The notes under the pieces were generated by a model that saw nothing but the letters and a program-made list of their open reading frames with translations, was not told the origin of the DNA and made no database searches. A stretch of DNA of 64,000 nt from positions 64,001 through 128,000 of the forward strand of contig JAVRCV020000041.1 of assembly GCA_034530615.2 (NCBI GenBank). Direction: 5' to 3'. This document shows, piece after piece, positions 53,751-64,000 of this stretch (its first letter is position 1; the number at the start of each line of letters is the position of its first letter). The translations under genes were made by a program, and so were the position numbers. The DNA is from Aulosira sp. ZfuVER01 (GTDB lineage Bacteria > Cyanobacteriota > Cyanobacteriia > Cyanobacteriales > Nostocaceae).

Positions 53751-55721
53751 ATGGAGAGCTTGAGTCAGGTCGTACAACAAAACGAAATCATGCTGCACTG
53801 GCTGAATGACCTTGCAGACCAGGGTATCTTGATTACGGATACTGAATTGAAGATTCGGAGTTGGAACCATTGGTTGGAAATCCACACCGGGTTAAGCAGT
53901 ATAGAAATCATTGGGCGCAATTTACTAGAAGTCTATCCAGAACTTACCCAGCGTCGATTAGATCGTTTTTATCATCAAGCATTAAACGGTCAAGTCGTGG
54001 TACTCTCGCAACGCTTACATGGTTATCTACTCCCGATTCCATCAAGGATCGACAACGGCATATCACCGTATATGCTACAAAGTGTACGCATTGCACCTTT
54101 AATAGAAAACGGTTGCTGCATCGGCACAACTACTGTGATTGGTGATGTAACTGAACGGGTAATACAAGAGGCAGAACTACAACACCAAATTGAGGTACTA
54201 AAACGCGCAGAAGAGCAACTACAAGAACAAGCTGCCCTGCTCAACATTGCCACAGACGCGATTATCGTTCAAGATTTAAAAAACCAAATTGTATTCTGGA
54301 ACAAAAGTGCCGAGCAGTTGTATGGTTGGACAGCCGAGGAAGCCCTAGGCAAGCAAGCTAATCAGCTTTTATACCAAACAACTTCACCTCAACTCAAAGA
54401 TGCTCTGCTCAACATTACCCAGAAACAGGAGTGGCAAGGCGAACTGCGTCAAGTGACAAAAGACGGCAGGGAAGTCATCGTTGAAAGCCGTTGGACAATT
54501 GTACCTGACTCGCAAAAAAACCCAAAATCAATACTTGTTGTTAATACCGACATTACCCAGAAAAAACAACTTGAAGCCCAGTTTCTGCGTATCCAACGAA
54601 TGGATAGCATTGGTACCCTTGCTGGTGGTATTGCACACGACCTCAACAATCTGCTAACACCAATTCTGACAGCCGCTCAACTTCTACAAAAGCAAGTTTA
54701 TCCTGATAACAAGCACCAGCATTTGTTATCAATGATCGAAACCAGCGCTAAACGTGGAGCTAATTTAGTCAAGCAAGTGCTATCTTTTGCACGAGGAATT
54801 GAAGGAAAGCATACAGCTATTCTGGTAGGCGATTTAATTTCGGAAATTCGGCAAATTGTCCAAGCAACATTTCCTAAGCCAATTCAAGTTTACATTGGTG
54901 AGATTCCCAAAAATCTTTTGCCTATTTCTGGAGATTTTACGCAACTGAGTCAGGTTTTTATGAACCTGTGTGTAAATGCTCGCGATGCTATGCCCGATGG
55001 CGGTATTCTGACTATCTGTGCAGAAAATATTTTCATTGATGAAAATTATGCTCGGATGAATATTGAAGCTAAAATTGGTTTTCACGTTGCCATTACTATT
55101 TCAGATACAGGATCTGGTATTTCTCCCACAATAATAGATAGAATTTTTGAACCATTTTTTACGAGCAAAGAGTTTGGACAAGGTGCAGGGCTTGGTCTTT
55201 CAACTGCAATTGGGATTGTCAAAAGTCATGGTGGTTTTGTAAATGTACGCAGCGAAGTGGGAAAAGGAACCGAATTTAAGGTGTTCTTACCAGCAGCACC
55301 GGAATTCCAAACGCCGCCACTAGATGACTTAGATCTGGTAAAAGGGCATAGAGAATTGATCTTAGTTGTGGATGACGAAACCTCAATTCTAGAAACTACA
55401 AAAATATCGCTGGAAGCTAATAACTATAGGGTGCTAATAGCCCACGATGGAATTCAAGCGATCGCACTGTATGCCCAGCATCAACATAAAATTAGTATAG
55501 TGTTGATGGATATGATGATGCCCTCAATAGACGGTCTGACAACCATTCGGACGTTGCAAAAAATTAATCCGCAGGTCAAAATTATTGCCTCTAGCGGATT
55601 CGCTTCCAGTTCAATGAAAGCTGAAGTTACTAACCAGGGCATTAAAACATTTTTGTCGAAGCCTTACACTATGCAAGAATTATTGTCAAGCATTAGTGGA
55701 GTTTTGAGTTGTCAAGGCTAA
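53751..55721 (+). CDS. Hybrid sensor kinase PAS-PAS-HisKA-HATPase-REC
   Basis: Two PAS domains, GGIAHDLNN, NLCVNARDA, DTGSG, FEPFFT, GLGL, REC (VVDDE, MDMMMP, SKPY). Confidence 0.93.
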   Translation: MESLSQVVQQNEIMLHWLNDLADQGILITDTELKIRSWNHWLEIHTGLSSIEIIGRNLLEVYPELTQRRLDRFYHQALNGQVVVLSQRLHGYLLPIPSRIDNGISPYMLQSVRIAPLIENGCCIGTTTVIGDVTERVIQEAELQHQIEVLKRAEEQLQEQAALLNIATDAIIVQDLKNQIVFWNKSAEQLYGWTAEEALGKQANQLLYQTTSPQLKDALLNITQKQEWQGELRQVTKDGREVIVESRWTIVPDSQKNPKSILVVNTDITQKKQLEAQFLRIQRMDSIGTLAGGIAHDLNNLLTPILTAAQLLQKQVYPDNKHQHLLSMIETSAKRGANLVKQVLSFARGIEGKHTAILVGDLISEIRQIVQATFPKPIQVYIGEIPKNLLPISGDFTQLSQVFMNLCVNARDAMPDGGILTICAENIFIDENYARMNIEAKIGFHVAITISDTGSGISPTIIDRIFEPFFTSKEFGQGAGLGLSTAIGIVKSHGGFVNVRSEVGKGTEFKVFLPAAPEFQTPPLDDLDLVKGHRELILVVDDETSILETTKISLEANNYRVLIAHDGIQAIALYAQHQHKISIVLMDMMMPSIDGLTTIRTLQKINPQVKIIASSGFASSSMKAEVTNQGIKTFLSKPYTMQELLSSISGVLSCQG

Positions 55722-56287
55722 GATATTGTTTGGTTAAAGACTATAAAATAGCCAGTTTTGCAGTTGGAAGACAAATCTTCTCACTAGTATCAGTAGTAAG
55801 TTTGAGTTCCCAATCTTGAACTCAAAGTTTTCTTGCTGAGTACGGAGATTTATTACCTCTACTAGCTAACGTCTACATAGAGTTCAGTCGTAGCAGATTA
55901 TATTTACGCCATCCGATCTAAAATCCTGTTTATCATCCCTAGGTAAAAAATAGGTATAAGCATATATCTTGCATTAAGTTATTTATGTAACAAATTTTTG
56001 ATATTGGCTGTAAGGCTCTACTTATCGTAGCATCCCACCTATTCATGGCATTGAAAGGATGAAGTTGACAATAATTACAGTATTTTTACTGATAAAGGCT
56101 AAATAAATAGCAGCAAAAGTCATCTTTTGAGCTATGTGCTAGAAATTACGCGGAAATTCATAATTTTGACTAGCAACAACCTTATAGTTGAAGCATAATA
56201 AATAATCTGGAGTGACAATATTGCCTTCAGTCGGGTGTATACTACTTACTTTCCTACGGCTAATAAATTTGTAAACGTGCTATTTAA

Positions 56288-57199
<912 letters not shown>

Positions 57200-57278
57200 A
57201 TAAATTAGATCGAGGTTCAAGGGACAAGAGTCAAGGATGATAGTTATTTCTTCCTTGCCCCTCTCATCCCCCTGTTCC

Positions 57279-57338
57279 CCTTCGGGTTCGCCACTTTGCC
57301 ATCGTGACGGGAACCGCCAAGACGGCAAGTAGACTCAC
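57279..57338. repeat. Small dispersed repeat within pyrimidine-rich repeats downstream of hetR
   Basis: cccttcgggttcgcca...gacgggaaccgccaagac...ctcacc; cccgaaggg motif shared with 13690 and 16736. Confidence 0.6.
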
Positions 57339-57369
57339 CTGCTCCCTGCTCTCTGCTTGAGAGCGTCAA

Positions 57370-57979
57370 TTATGGTTGTGTAGGAATTGGCACTGCTTCA
57401 AAAGTAGGGCGAAATTCAGTTGCGCTTCCGGGAACTTGCGGTAAAGCTGAAGGTGTAAAGGTACTAACTGTGTCACTGCCACTGATACAAGTATCTAGTG
57501 CTTGATTGAGAGCAAACTTAATTTCACTGCGCAAGCCTACCACGCACTGACCAAAGCGGACGGGTAACAAACTCCGACCGCAGTAATTTAAAATTGCTGG
57601 GTTAGGTGGCTCTTTACTGGGAATAAGGCTAATACCAATTACACAGCTAGCTAACTCTTCAGGTCGTCGAGCCTGTCTACAGGTAGTGAGAGCATCTACA
57701 GCGCTGATTTGTGTCCTTCTGCTAATTGAAACTACACAAGAAGACAAATCCCGTGGACGGAGTGCGCCTGCACAAGCTTGTGATGCAGAGTTTGCATTAA
57801 TATTTACACGCAAGAGCTGACCAGCACAGGCACGGTAATCATTGTTGCTGTAGGAGGCGGTGATAGCCATAGTGGGAACTATCGTTGCCAACCATCCGGC
57901 GATCGCTAAAACTGGCACTGTCACCTTAACTGCTTTAGCCGACAACATTTTATAGTTAGAACCACCTTTTTTGCTCATC
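57370..57979 (-). CDS. Exported Cys-repeat hypothetical protein (start uncertain)
   Basis: Signal-like hydrophobic stretch, then three C..RP/LP..L/F..CV repeat units. Confidence 0.7.
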
Positions 57980-58294
57980 GATTTTTGCTCCTTAACATTA
58001 CCGTTCTCCAAACACCCAAGGCTATGCTAACTCAATAAGTGCAACCAATCTTCTCTATCTAGGCAATTTTAGCGACATAGTTGAGGATAACTCAGGTTAT
58101 TTGTCATTTGTCAATTGTTATTTATCTCCCTCATCCCTCTTGTCCCTCCGAAGTTTTGATGCCTGCGGCAACCCCTCTGGTGTACGGAGGAAGCCTCCGC
58201 TCAGACTTTTCTCCTTGTCCCCCTGCCTCTTTGTCGGGGATCAAAACCCCTGTAGGAGGATTTCTCATGTTTTGATATGCTACGATATTTTGAT

Positions 58295-58652
58295 CGAAGA
58301 TAAGTAGACAACGTAAAAAGTATTTCTTGGTTGAAATACTGCGTGAACCAATCTAGCGATTGAGTAGTCTACGAAACTAGGAAACAAAAAACTAATGGCA
58401 TCGAGTACCTAGGGACACTGGGGAATTTATGCTTGGGAGCCAGTGCGTTGGGGAGGCAGTGCGTTGCGCGGGTTCGCCGCGTTGAAGCAACTGCCGTCGG
58501 TTATACCGACTTAAAGCAACTGGCGTGGAGAAGATACCTCTACTCTGGTTGAATCAATTCTGCTGGAGGAGGCATTTTCGTAGAACCAAGAATCCTCCGA
58601 CTTGACAAACAAATCAGCGATCGCGTTATTTGTTCAGTCGGGGGAGTGTCAA
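58295..58652 (+). mobile_element. Decayed, internally deleted IS200/IS605 (tnpB) remnant retaining the right end
   Basis: Fragments translate to KISRQRK, CVNQSSD*VVYE, ST*GHWGIYAW/GEDTSTLV..NQES (TnpB-like); terminal hairpin aagaatcctccgact...agtcgggggagtgTCAA; left boundary uncertain. Confidence 0.75.
58435..58526. repeat. Nested small dispersed repeat inserted in the tnpB remnant
   Basis: ggagccagtgcgttgg[ggaggcagtgcgttgcgcggg...caactgccgt]cggttataccgacttaaagcaactggcgt. Confidence 0.75.
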
Positions 58653-58700
58653 AATGGAATGTCTGGGTAAAGTTGAAACAGGATTAGATTAAGGAAACAC

Positions 58701-59309
58701 ATGTCCCGATATAGAGGGCCTCGCCTCAGAATTGTACGTCGCTTGGGCGACCTACCAGGATTAACTCGTAAAAGCGCTAGACGCGCTTATCCACCTGGTC
58801 AGCATGGTCAGAACCGCAAAAAGCGTTCTGAGTATGCTATCCGTCTAGAAGAAAAGCAAAAGCTGCGCTTAAACTACGGTCTGACCGAGAAGCAACTGCT
58901 ACGCTATGTCCGTAAAGCCAGACGTGTGACTGGTTCTACCGGACAAGTGCTGTTGCAACTTCTAGAAATGCGCCTAGATAATACGGTTTTCCGCTTGGGT
59001 CTAGCTCCGACTATTCCCGCAGCGCGGCAACTAGTGAATCATGGTCATATCACTGTGAACGGACGTGTAGTTAATATTGCTAGCTATCAGTGCCGTCCTG
59101 GTGAAGTCATCGCTGTCAAGGATAAAGAAGCATCGCGGAAGTTGGTAGAAACCAACCTCCAATATCCTGGACTAGCTAACCTCCCCAGTCATCTGGAGTT
59201 TGATAAAGCCAAGCTGGTTGGTAAAGTCAACGGTGTTATTGAAAGAGAATGGGTGGCACTACAAGTTAACGAACTGCTCGTGGTGGAATACTACTCACGG
59301 CAAGCGTAA
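58701..59309 (+). CDS. rpsD: 30S ribosomal protein S4
   Basis: [36 protein letters not shown]. Confidence 0.98.
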   Translation: MSRYRGPRLRIVRRLGDLPGLTRKSARRAYPPGQHGQNRKKRSEYAIRLEEKQKLRLNYGLTEKQLLRYVRKARRVTGSTGQVLLQLLEMRLDNTVFRLGLAPTIPAARQLVNHGHITVNGRVVNIASYQCRPGEVIAVKDKEASRKLVETNLQYPGLANLPSHLEFDKAKLVGKVNGVIEREWVALQVNELLVVEYYSRQA

Positions 59310-59311
59310 GA

Positions 59312-59381
59312 GAGTGCTGAGTGTTGAGTACCGAGTACTGAGTTTTGATTACTCAGGACTCAGGACTCATTACTCAGAACT
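59312..59381. terminator. Inverted heptamer arrays between convergent rpsD and moaA
   Basis: (gagtgct/gagtact)x5 facing (actcagg/actcatt)x4, mutually complementary. Confidence 0.6.
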
Positions 59382-59385
59382 AAAT

Positions 59386-60372
59386 TCATCCGCCAATTTG
59401 TGACATAGTACGGGTATATGTACCCGCAGTGCCAGATTCGCGTTGTTTAAAATTAATTTCTGGCTTCATCGTTAGTAAATTTCTTACCTGCTCTTGTAAT
59501 TGTGCGGTGCTGATACCAGCCCTGAGAGCAGTTTTTAAATCAATTTGACCAGTTTCATTTAATAAACAGGGACGCAGCCAACCGTCAGCGCTCAGACGCA
59601 TCCGATTACAGCGATCGCAAAAACACTCGGACATCTGACTGATAAATCCCAGTGTTCCCTTGGCTTGGGGAATTTGAAATACATCGGCAGGCCCAGCACC
59701 ACGAACTTGAGAATCTGTCAATCCCCAGCGATCGCGGATTTGTTGCCGTAATTGTGCGGAAGAAACCCAACCGCGATCGCCAAATAATTGCTCGTTACCA
59801 ATCGGCATAAACTCAATAAACCGGACGTGCCAGTTGCGGTCAAGGGTTAGGGCAGCTAAATCTAGCACTTCATGGTCATTCACCCCCGGAATTACCACTA
59901 CATTCAGCTTCAGTGGGTCGAAGCCGACACGATAGGCTGCTTGAATCCCATCCCATACTTGTTGCCATCGTCCACGACCGCGATTGCCGATAATTTGCTC
60001 AAATGTATCTGCTTCCAAAGAGTCCAGGCTAATATTGATGCGCCGCAACCCAGCATCGTAGAGATTTTGGGCGATGGGGGCCAATAAAAACCCGTTGGTT
60101 GTCATTGACAAATCTTGGGTTTGGGGAAAAGATGCGATCGCCCCGACTAATTTCACCACATGGGGACGCAGTAAAGGTTCCCCACCAGTTAAACGAAATC
60201 GGGTAAAACCTACAGGGATAAATACTTCTTGAATCAGGGTGAGGAGTTCCTCATCTGTGAGAAGTTGTTGCTTGAGAATATAGTCTACTTCTGCACCTTC
60301 CGGCATACAGTATTGACATCGGAAATTGCAGCGGTCGATTAAGCTAATCCTGAGGTAATCTACCTGGTTCAT
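59386..60372 (-). CDS. moaA: GTP 3',8-cyclase MoaA
   Basis: [34 protein letters not shown]-terminal MSQIGG. Confidence 0.96.
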   Translation of the reverse strand: MNQVDYLRISLIDRCNFRCQYCMPEGAEVDYILKQQLLTDEELLTLIQEVFIPVGFTRFRLTGGEPLLRPHVVKLVGAIASFPQTQDLSMTTNGFLLAPIAQNLYDAGLRRINISLDSLEADTFEQIIGNRGRGRWQQVWDGIQAAYRVGFDPLKLNVVVIPGVNDHEVLDLAALTLDRNWHVRFIEFMPIGNEQLFGDRGWVSSAQLRQQIRDRWGLTDSQVRGAGPADVFQIPQAKGTLGFISQMSECFCDRCNRMRLSADGWLRPCLLNETGQIDLKTALRAGISTAQLQEQVRNLLTMKPEINFKQRESGTAGTYTRTMSQIGG

Positions 60373-60634
60373 TTTTTTGTGTTTATTTCTATTCTATTTT
60401 TGTATCCGGGTAGTAACCGGATAGCAGGCGATCGCCTTTGTAAAAAATGGGTATATCCAAAATGCCCACAAGCAACTAGAATGGGGTATTCTTTTAGCGT
60501 CTTCAGTAATTACTATATGCTTTTAGTATTTCATTGGATTAAATGCATACAGTCAATTCCTCTGAGTTAATCTTTTACATCAATCAAATTTTAAACCCAG
60601 CGAATTTTTAACAATAATGTTGAGGAATTACTAG

Positions 60635-61420
60635 ATGGTAGTAAAAATACAACCTAGAAAAAATATAAAACAATTTTCGATTTCGCGCTGTTTTGCCGTA
60701 ATGCTGCTCTTGGGTCAAGTTTTGCTTCATATACTCCAAGGAAAAACTTATCACCGAAAAATTCTAGAACACATGGTGACTGCTGGGCCTGCTTCTTTGC
60801 CTCCAGTTCTCCTGGTTAGTGGTTTTGCCGGGATGATTTTTACTATTCAAACAGCCAGAGAATTAGTACAATTTGGGGCTGTAAATGCTGTAGGTGGTGC
60901 TTTTGCCTTAGCTTTTTGCAGAGAATTGGCTCCCATATTGTCTGCTAGTATTATTGCTGGTCAAGTAGGTTCAGCGTTTGCAGCAGAGATAGGTGCAATG
61001 CGAGTCACAGACCAGATTGATGCACTGCATATGCTCAGAACAGATCCGATTGATTATTTAGTACTTCCGAGAGTCATTGCTTGCTGCTTGATGACTCCAT
61101 TATTGACAATTTTTGGTTTAGTTACAGGTATCATCGGTGGAATTTTTGCCGCATCACAGTTTTATCAAGTTCCTCCAGAGGCATTTTTAGAGTCAGTCAG
61201 AAGTTTTTTAGAACCATCAGATTTATGGATTGTTTTGCTCAAAGGGTTTATTTTTGGAGCTATAGTTGCTGTCAATGGTTGTAGTTGGGGGCTAACTACT
61301 AGAGGAGGAGCAAAAGAAGTAGGAGAGTCAGCAACAACAGCAGTTGTCACCACCTGGGTAGCAATTTTTATGATGGATTTCTTTTTATCTTTATTACTAT
61401 TTGAAAAGCCTACATTTTAA
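60635..61420 (+). CDS. MlaE-family lipid ABC transporter permease
   Basis: RELAP, GSAFAAEIGAMRVTDQIDAL, YLVLPR, GGAKEVG..TT.AVV. Confidence 0.92.
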   Translation: MVVKIQPRKNIKQFSISRCFAVMLLLGQVLLHILQGKTYHRKILEHMVTAGPASLPPVLLVSGFAGMIFTIQTARELVQFGAVNAVGGAFALAFCRELAPILSASIIAGQVGSAFAAEIGAMRVTDQIDALHMLRTDPIDYLVLPRVIACCLMTPLLTIFGLVTGIIGGIFAASQFYQVPPEAFLESVRSFLEPSDLWIVLLKGFIFGAIVAVNGCSWGLTTRGGAKEVGESATTAVVTTWVAIFMMDFFLSLLLFEKPTF

Positions 61421-61479
61421 AACTATTTTGTTATCTCTCCCAGAGTTTTTACATAAATTGCGTTACCATCGCTTGCTTT

Positions 61480-61668
61480 TCACACCGACTCATTCGTTCG
61501 TGTGGGTATTGGCTTTTCTTGAGACTTGGACGCAAGATAGGCCACCGTACCAATTCCAGCCATTCCCCCGCCTATGGCATACATAATATTCTTATTCAAG
61601 TATTGAGAGCCGAGGTAGCCAAAAGTAATTGCCACAACTATTGTGACAATCATTTGAGGTATTTTCAT
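61480..61668 (-). CDS. Small membrane protein (two TM segments)
   Basis: MKIPQMIVTIVVAITFGYLG...AIGGGMAGIGTVAYLA; AAGGA RBS-like sequence upstream. Confidence 0.6.
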   Translation of the reverse strand: MKIPQMIVTIVVAITFGYLGSQYLNKNIMYAIGGGMAGIGTVAYLASKSQEKPIPTRTNESV

Positions 61669-61890
61669 AAAATGCCGTCCTTTGATTAATGCTCTTGTCG
61701 ATGCAGATAGTGAGAAATTTGTTGTTCTACTATGTACATTCATTCATCTGAGTGGTCACATAGTAAACTTTCACCAGAGCTTACACTACAATCTACAGAG
61801 AGAGAATCATATATTCTTGGGTAGAAAAACAAGAGCGATCGCTTCTCAAACAGACCTCATTAAAGGTAACGCTAGAGCTTTTCTGTACAC

Positions 61891-63453
61891 TCACCCAGCA
61901 GCTACCAAAGGCTTTGGTGTTTCTTGTTTTCGCCGCACAGCTTGCCCTGTCAGCATTTCCACTACATCCATGCCGTTACCAATGACACCAGGTACGCTGG
62001 GATAGCCAGCACTCGCTCCCACAAAGAAGAGATTAGGTAATTCTGTTTTATATCCTAAGCGCTCCAAACCTACCTGCCTGGGTACTAACTTTGCACCGTA
62101 AATATTACCTTGGGGCTGCCCTAGATAAAATTCACTAGTGGTAGGTGTGCCGTAAAGTTTCATCCGTGCATAATTATCTACATCTGGAATCAAATCTCGC
62201 ACACTGGTCATAATTTGCTGATACACTTCCCGCTTTTTCGCTTTATAAGCTTTGGGGTCGTGTTTGTGCAGGTGTTCAAATGGTTCATAAGGACAGACGG
62301 TAGCAATTTCCAGAATATGATGCCCTTGAGGTCTTATCCCTGGTTCCTGAGACTTCATAGTTGGACAAGAAAGGAAAATCCACGGACGGCTAAAGTCTCC
62401 TGCTAATTGTTGTTGATATTCTCTGTTGAGGTCGCCTGTGGGGTAGTACCAGACATTCCAGTTACCGATACCATAGTGTTCTGGGTCAAAGCGACTATCT
62501 AAACCTAGGTAAATATTAAAAGCACTAGTTGAGTATTCGTAAGTAGTTAAGCGTTGACGTTCATTCAAGCTCAAGGCTTCAGAATCATGCATTAACTCAA
62601 CTGTTAATTTGGGGTCGAGGTCACTGATGTAGGCTTTACTCGCACTGTAGGTTTTACTATTAGCAATAACGCTGTGGATAGTATTTTTAGTCACTTGGAT
62701 ATGCTCAACAGGAGTTGAGTACTTGATTACGCCTCCACCGGAAGTAATTGCTTCAGTAATCGTGTTAACAAAGTGTTTGAAGTGATGTTTTGGATAGTAT
62801 GCGCCTTCTGAATAGTCCCAAACTAGAGAGGTATGGGTGATTAATGCAATTTCATTGGGTGGTAGCGCGTAATCACCACTTTGACCCGCCAGGATCGCTT
62901 GCAGCTTGGGCGACAATCCCACATAGTTATATAAATCTTGTAGAGTCCAATTCCGTTTCCAAAATAGATTCCAATATTTTGGTAACTTCAACCAATCAGA
63001 CCATTTGCGATCGAACCAACGCACTTCTCGCACTAGGCTCCGAATTTCTTGACGGAGTTGCTTAATTTCATCGCAGTAGCGGTTGATGGCTAGTTTTTCT
63101 TCGGGAAAGCTAGATAGCAAAGCTGTACGCAAATTTTCCCATCCCAAGGGAATTTGAAAGTCTGCCTCTGATGTAATCACTCGGTCAATGCAGTCTGGAT
63201 TGAGGCTATTAAAGGCGACATTCCGTTCAATATATTTGAGAAATTGGTCTATGGTTTTACCAGGGCCACATTGGGAAATATAATGCACATCAGCACAAAA
63301 GCTGTATTCACCATAATCAAACGTGTGACAGCAGCCACCAGGTAAGTAATGTTTCTCCAAAACTATTACCCGGTATCCTTGCTTAGTTAAACAGGCTGCG
63401 GCCGAAAGTCCACCTAATCCAGCTCCTAAAATCACATAATCAAAGATTTCCAT
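61891..63453 (-). CDS. Phytoene desaturase/CrtI-superfamily FAD oxidoreductase
   Basis: GAGLGG, EKHYLPGG, TPTT, GNIYG, C-terminal NLFFVGA...PGV; GAGGAG RBS. Confidence 0.85.
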   Translation of the reverse strand: MEIFDYVILGAGLGGLSAAACLTKQGYRVIVLEKHYLPGGCCHTFDYGEYSFCADVHYISQCGPGKTIDQFLKYIERNVAFNSLNPDCIDRVITSEADFQIPLGWENLRTALLSSFPEEKLAINRYCDEIKQLRQEIRSLVREVRWFDRKWSDWLKLPKYWNLFWKRNWTLQDLYNYVGLSPKLQAILAGQSGDYALPPNEIALITHTSLVWDYSEGAYYPKHHFKHFVNTITEAITSGGGVIKYSTPVEHIQVTKNTIHSVIANSKTYSASKAYISDLDPKLTVELMHDSEALSLNERQRLTTYEYSTSAFNIYLGLDSRFDPEHYGIGNWNVWYYPTGDLNREYQQQLAGDFSRPWIFLSCPTMKSQEPGIRPQGHHILEIATVCPYEPFEHLHKHDPKAYKAKKREVYQQIMTSVRDLIPDVDNYARMKLYGTPTTSEFYLGQPQGNIYGAKLVPRQVGLERLGYKTELPNLFFVGASAGYPSVPGVIGNGMDVVEMLTGQAVRRKQETPKPLVAAG

Positions 63454-64000
63454 TTCAAACTCCTCTGGTAATCTTGATATCTCTTGATTTCGGCGGTATG
63501 GTTTTTTATTGCCGTTTTTTGAGTGAAAACTTCCTAAAAATCTCAGCAGTTATTCGCCTAGCTTGAATATTTTCAATCTTGAATTAGAGACTAGGTAAAA
63601 CCTAAATGAGCGAGGTCAACATTAGTTATCAAGCAAAATCTCTTCAATCACTCAGATAGCTATATAATGAGCAACCGAGCGTCAATCAATACAAAAGATT
63701 TGTCTTCAAATAATCTCAAACTAATTAAACCAAGCAATTTTGATTCAAACTTAAGCTAGCCGGAGGTAAGATATTTTTTCAAACTCAGGTTTTAAGGCTA
63801 TTTTTGAAAAAATACACTAATCAAGCTATAGCTTGCCTTGTATTCCTTGCAAGGACTATAAATGTTTTGCAGTATGGTATTTATACTAGATGTCTTCAGC
63901 TTATCAAAGACGGCAAGATTTATTTGTTAAGCTTTAAAATTGTTTGTTTTTCTTAACAAAAGTCAGTCAATAAAGATAGAGGGCAGAGGGAAGAAGGCAG

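Overview
64-kb chromosomal window from a heterocyst-forming (Nostocales) cyanobacterium: HIP1 (GCGATCGC) is dense, STRR heptamer arrays and small dispersed repeats are frequent, and hetR is present. Housekeeping genes (ndhM, pgl, rph, dcd, thyX, aroA, rpsD, moaA) are mixed with development genes (prpJ-like, Asr1734/Npun_R1517-like, fraH, patX, sepJ, hetR). The standout is an ~11.3-kb chemosensory cluster (cheY-cheA-cheW-soluble MCP-HEAT-cheR-cheB-cheY-cheC-PAS hybrid kinase) between sepJ and hetR, which are adjacent in Anabaena PCC 7120. Its core gene order matches the Myxococcus Che7 developmental pathway as I recall it. It has CheR/CheB/CheC, a giant sensor-less MCP with seven EQ pairs spaced exactly 28 residues apart, and an apparently truncated HEAT protein. 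Other notable items: a decayed tnpB/IS200-IS605 right-end (omegaRNA-type) relic just upstream of rpsD, nested small dispersed repeats, a REP doublet inside an inverted-repeat element, a nonsense-interrupted HTH antitoxin-like gene, and a patX promoter with NtcA and DIF1 motifs. All calls come from reading the sequence; no database searches were run.
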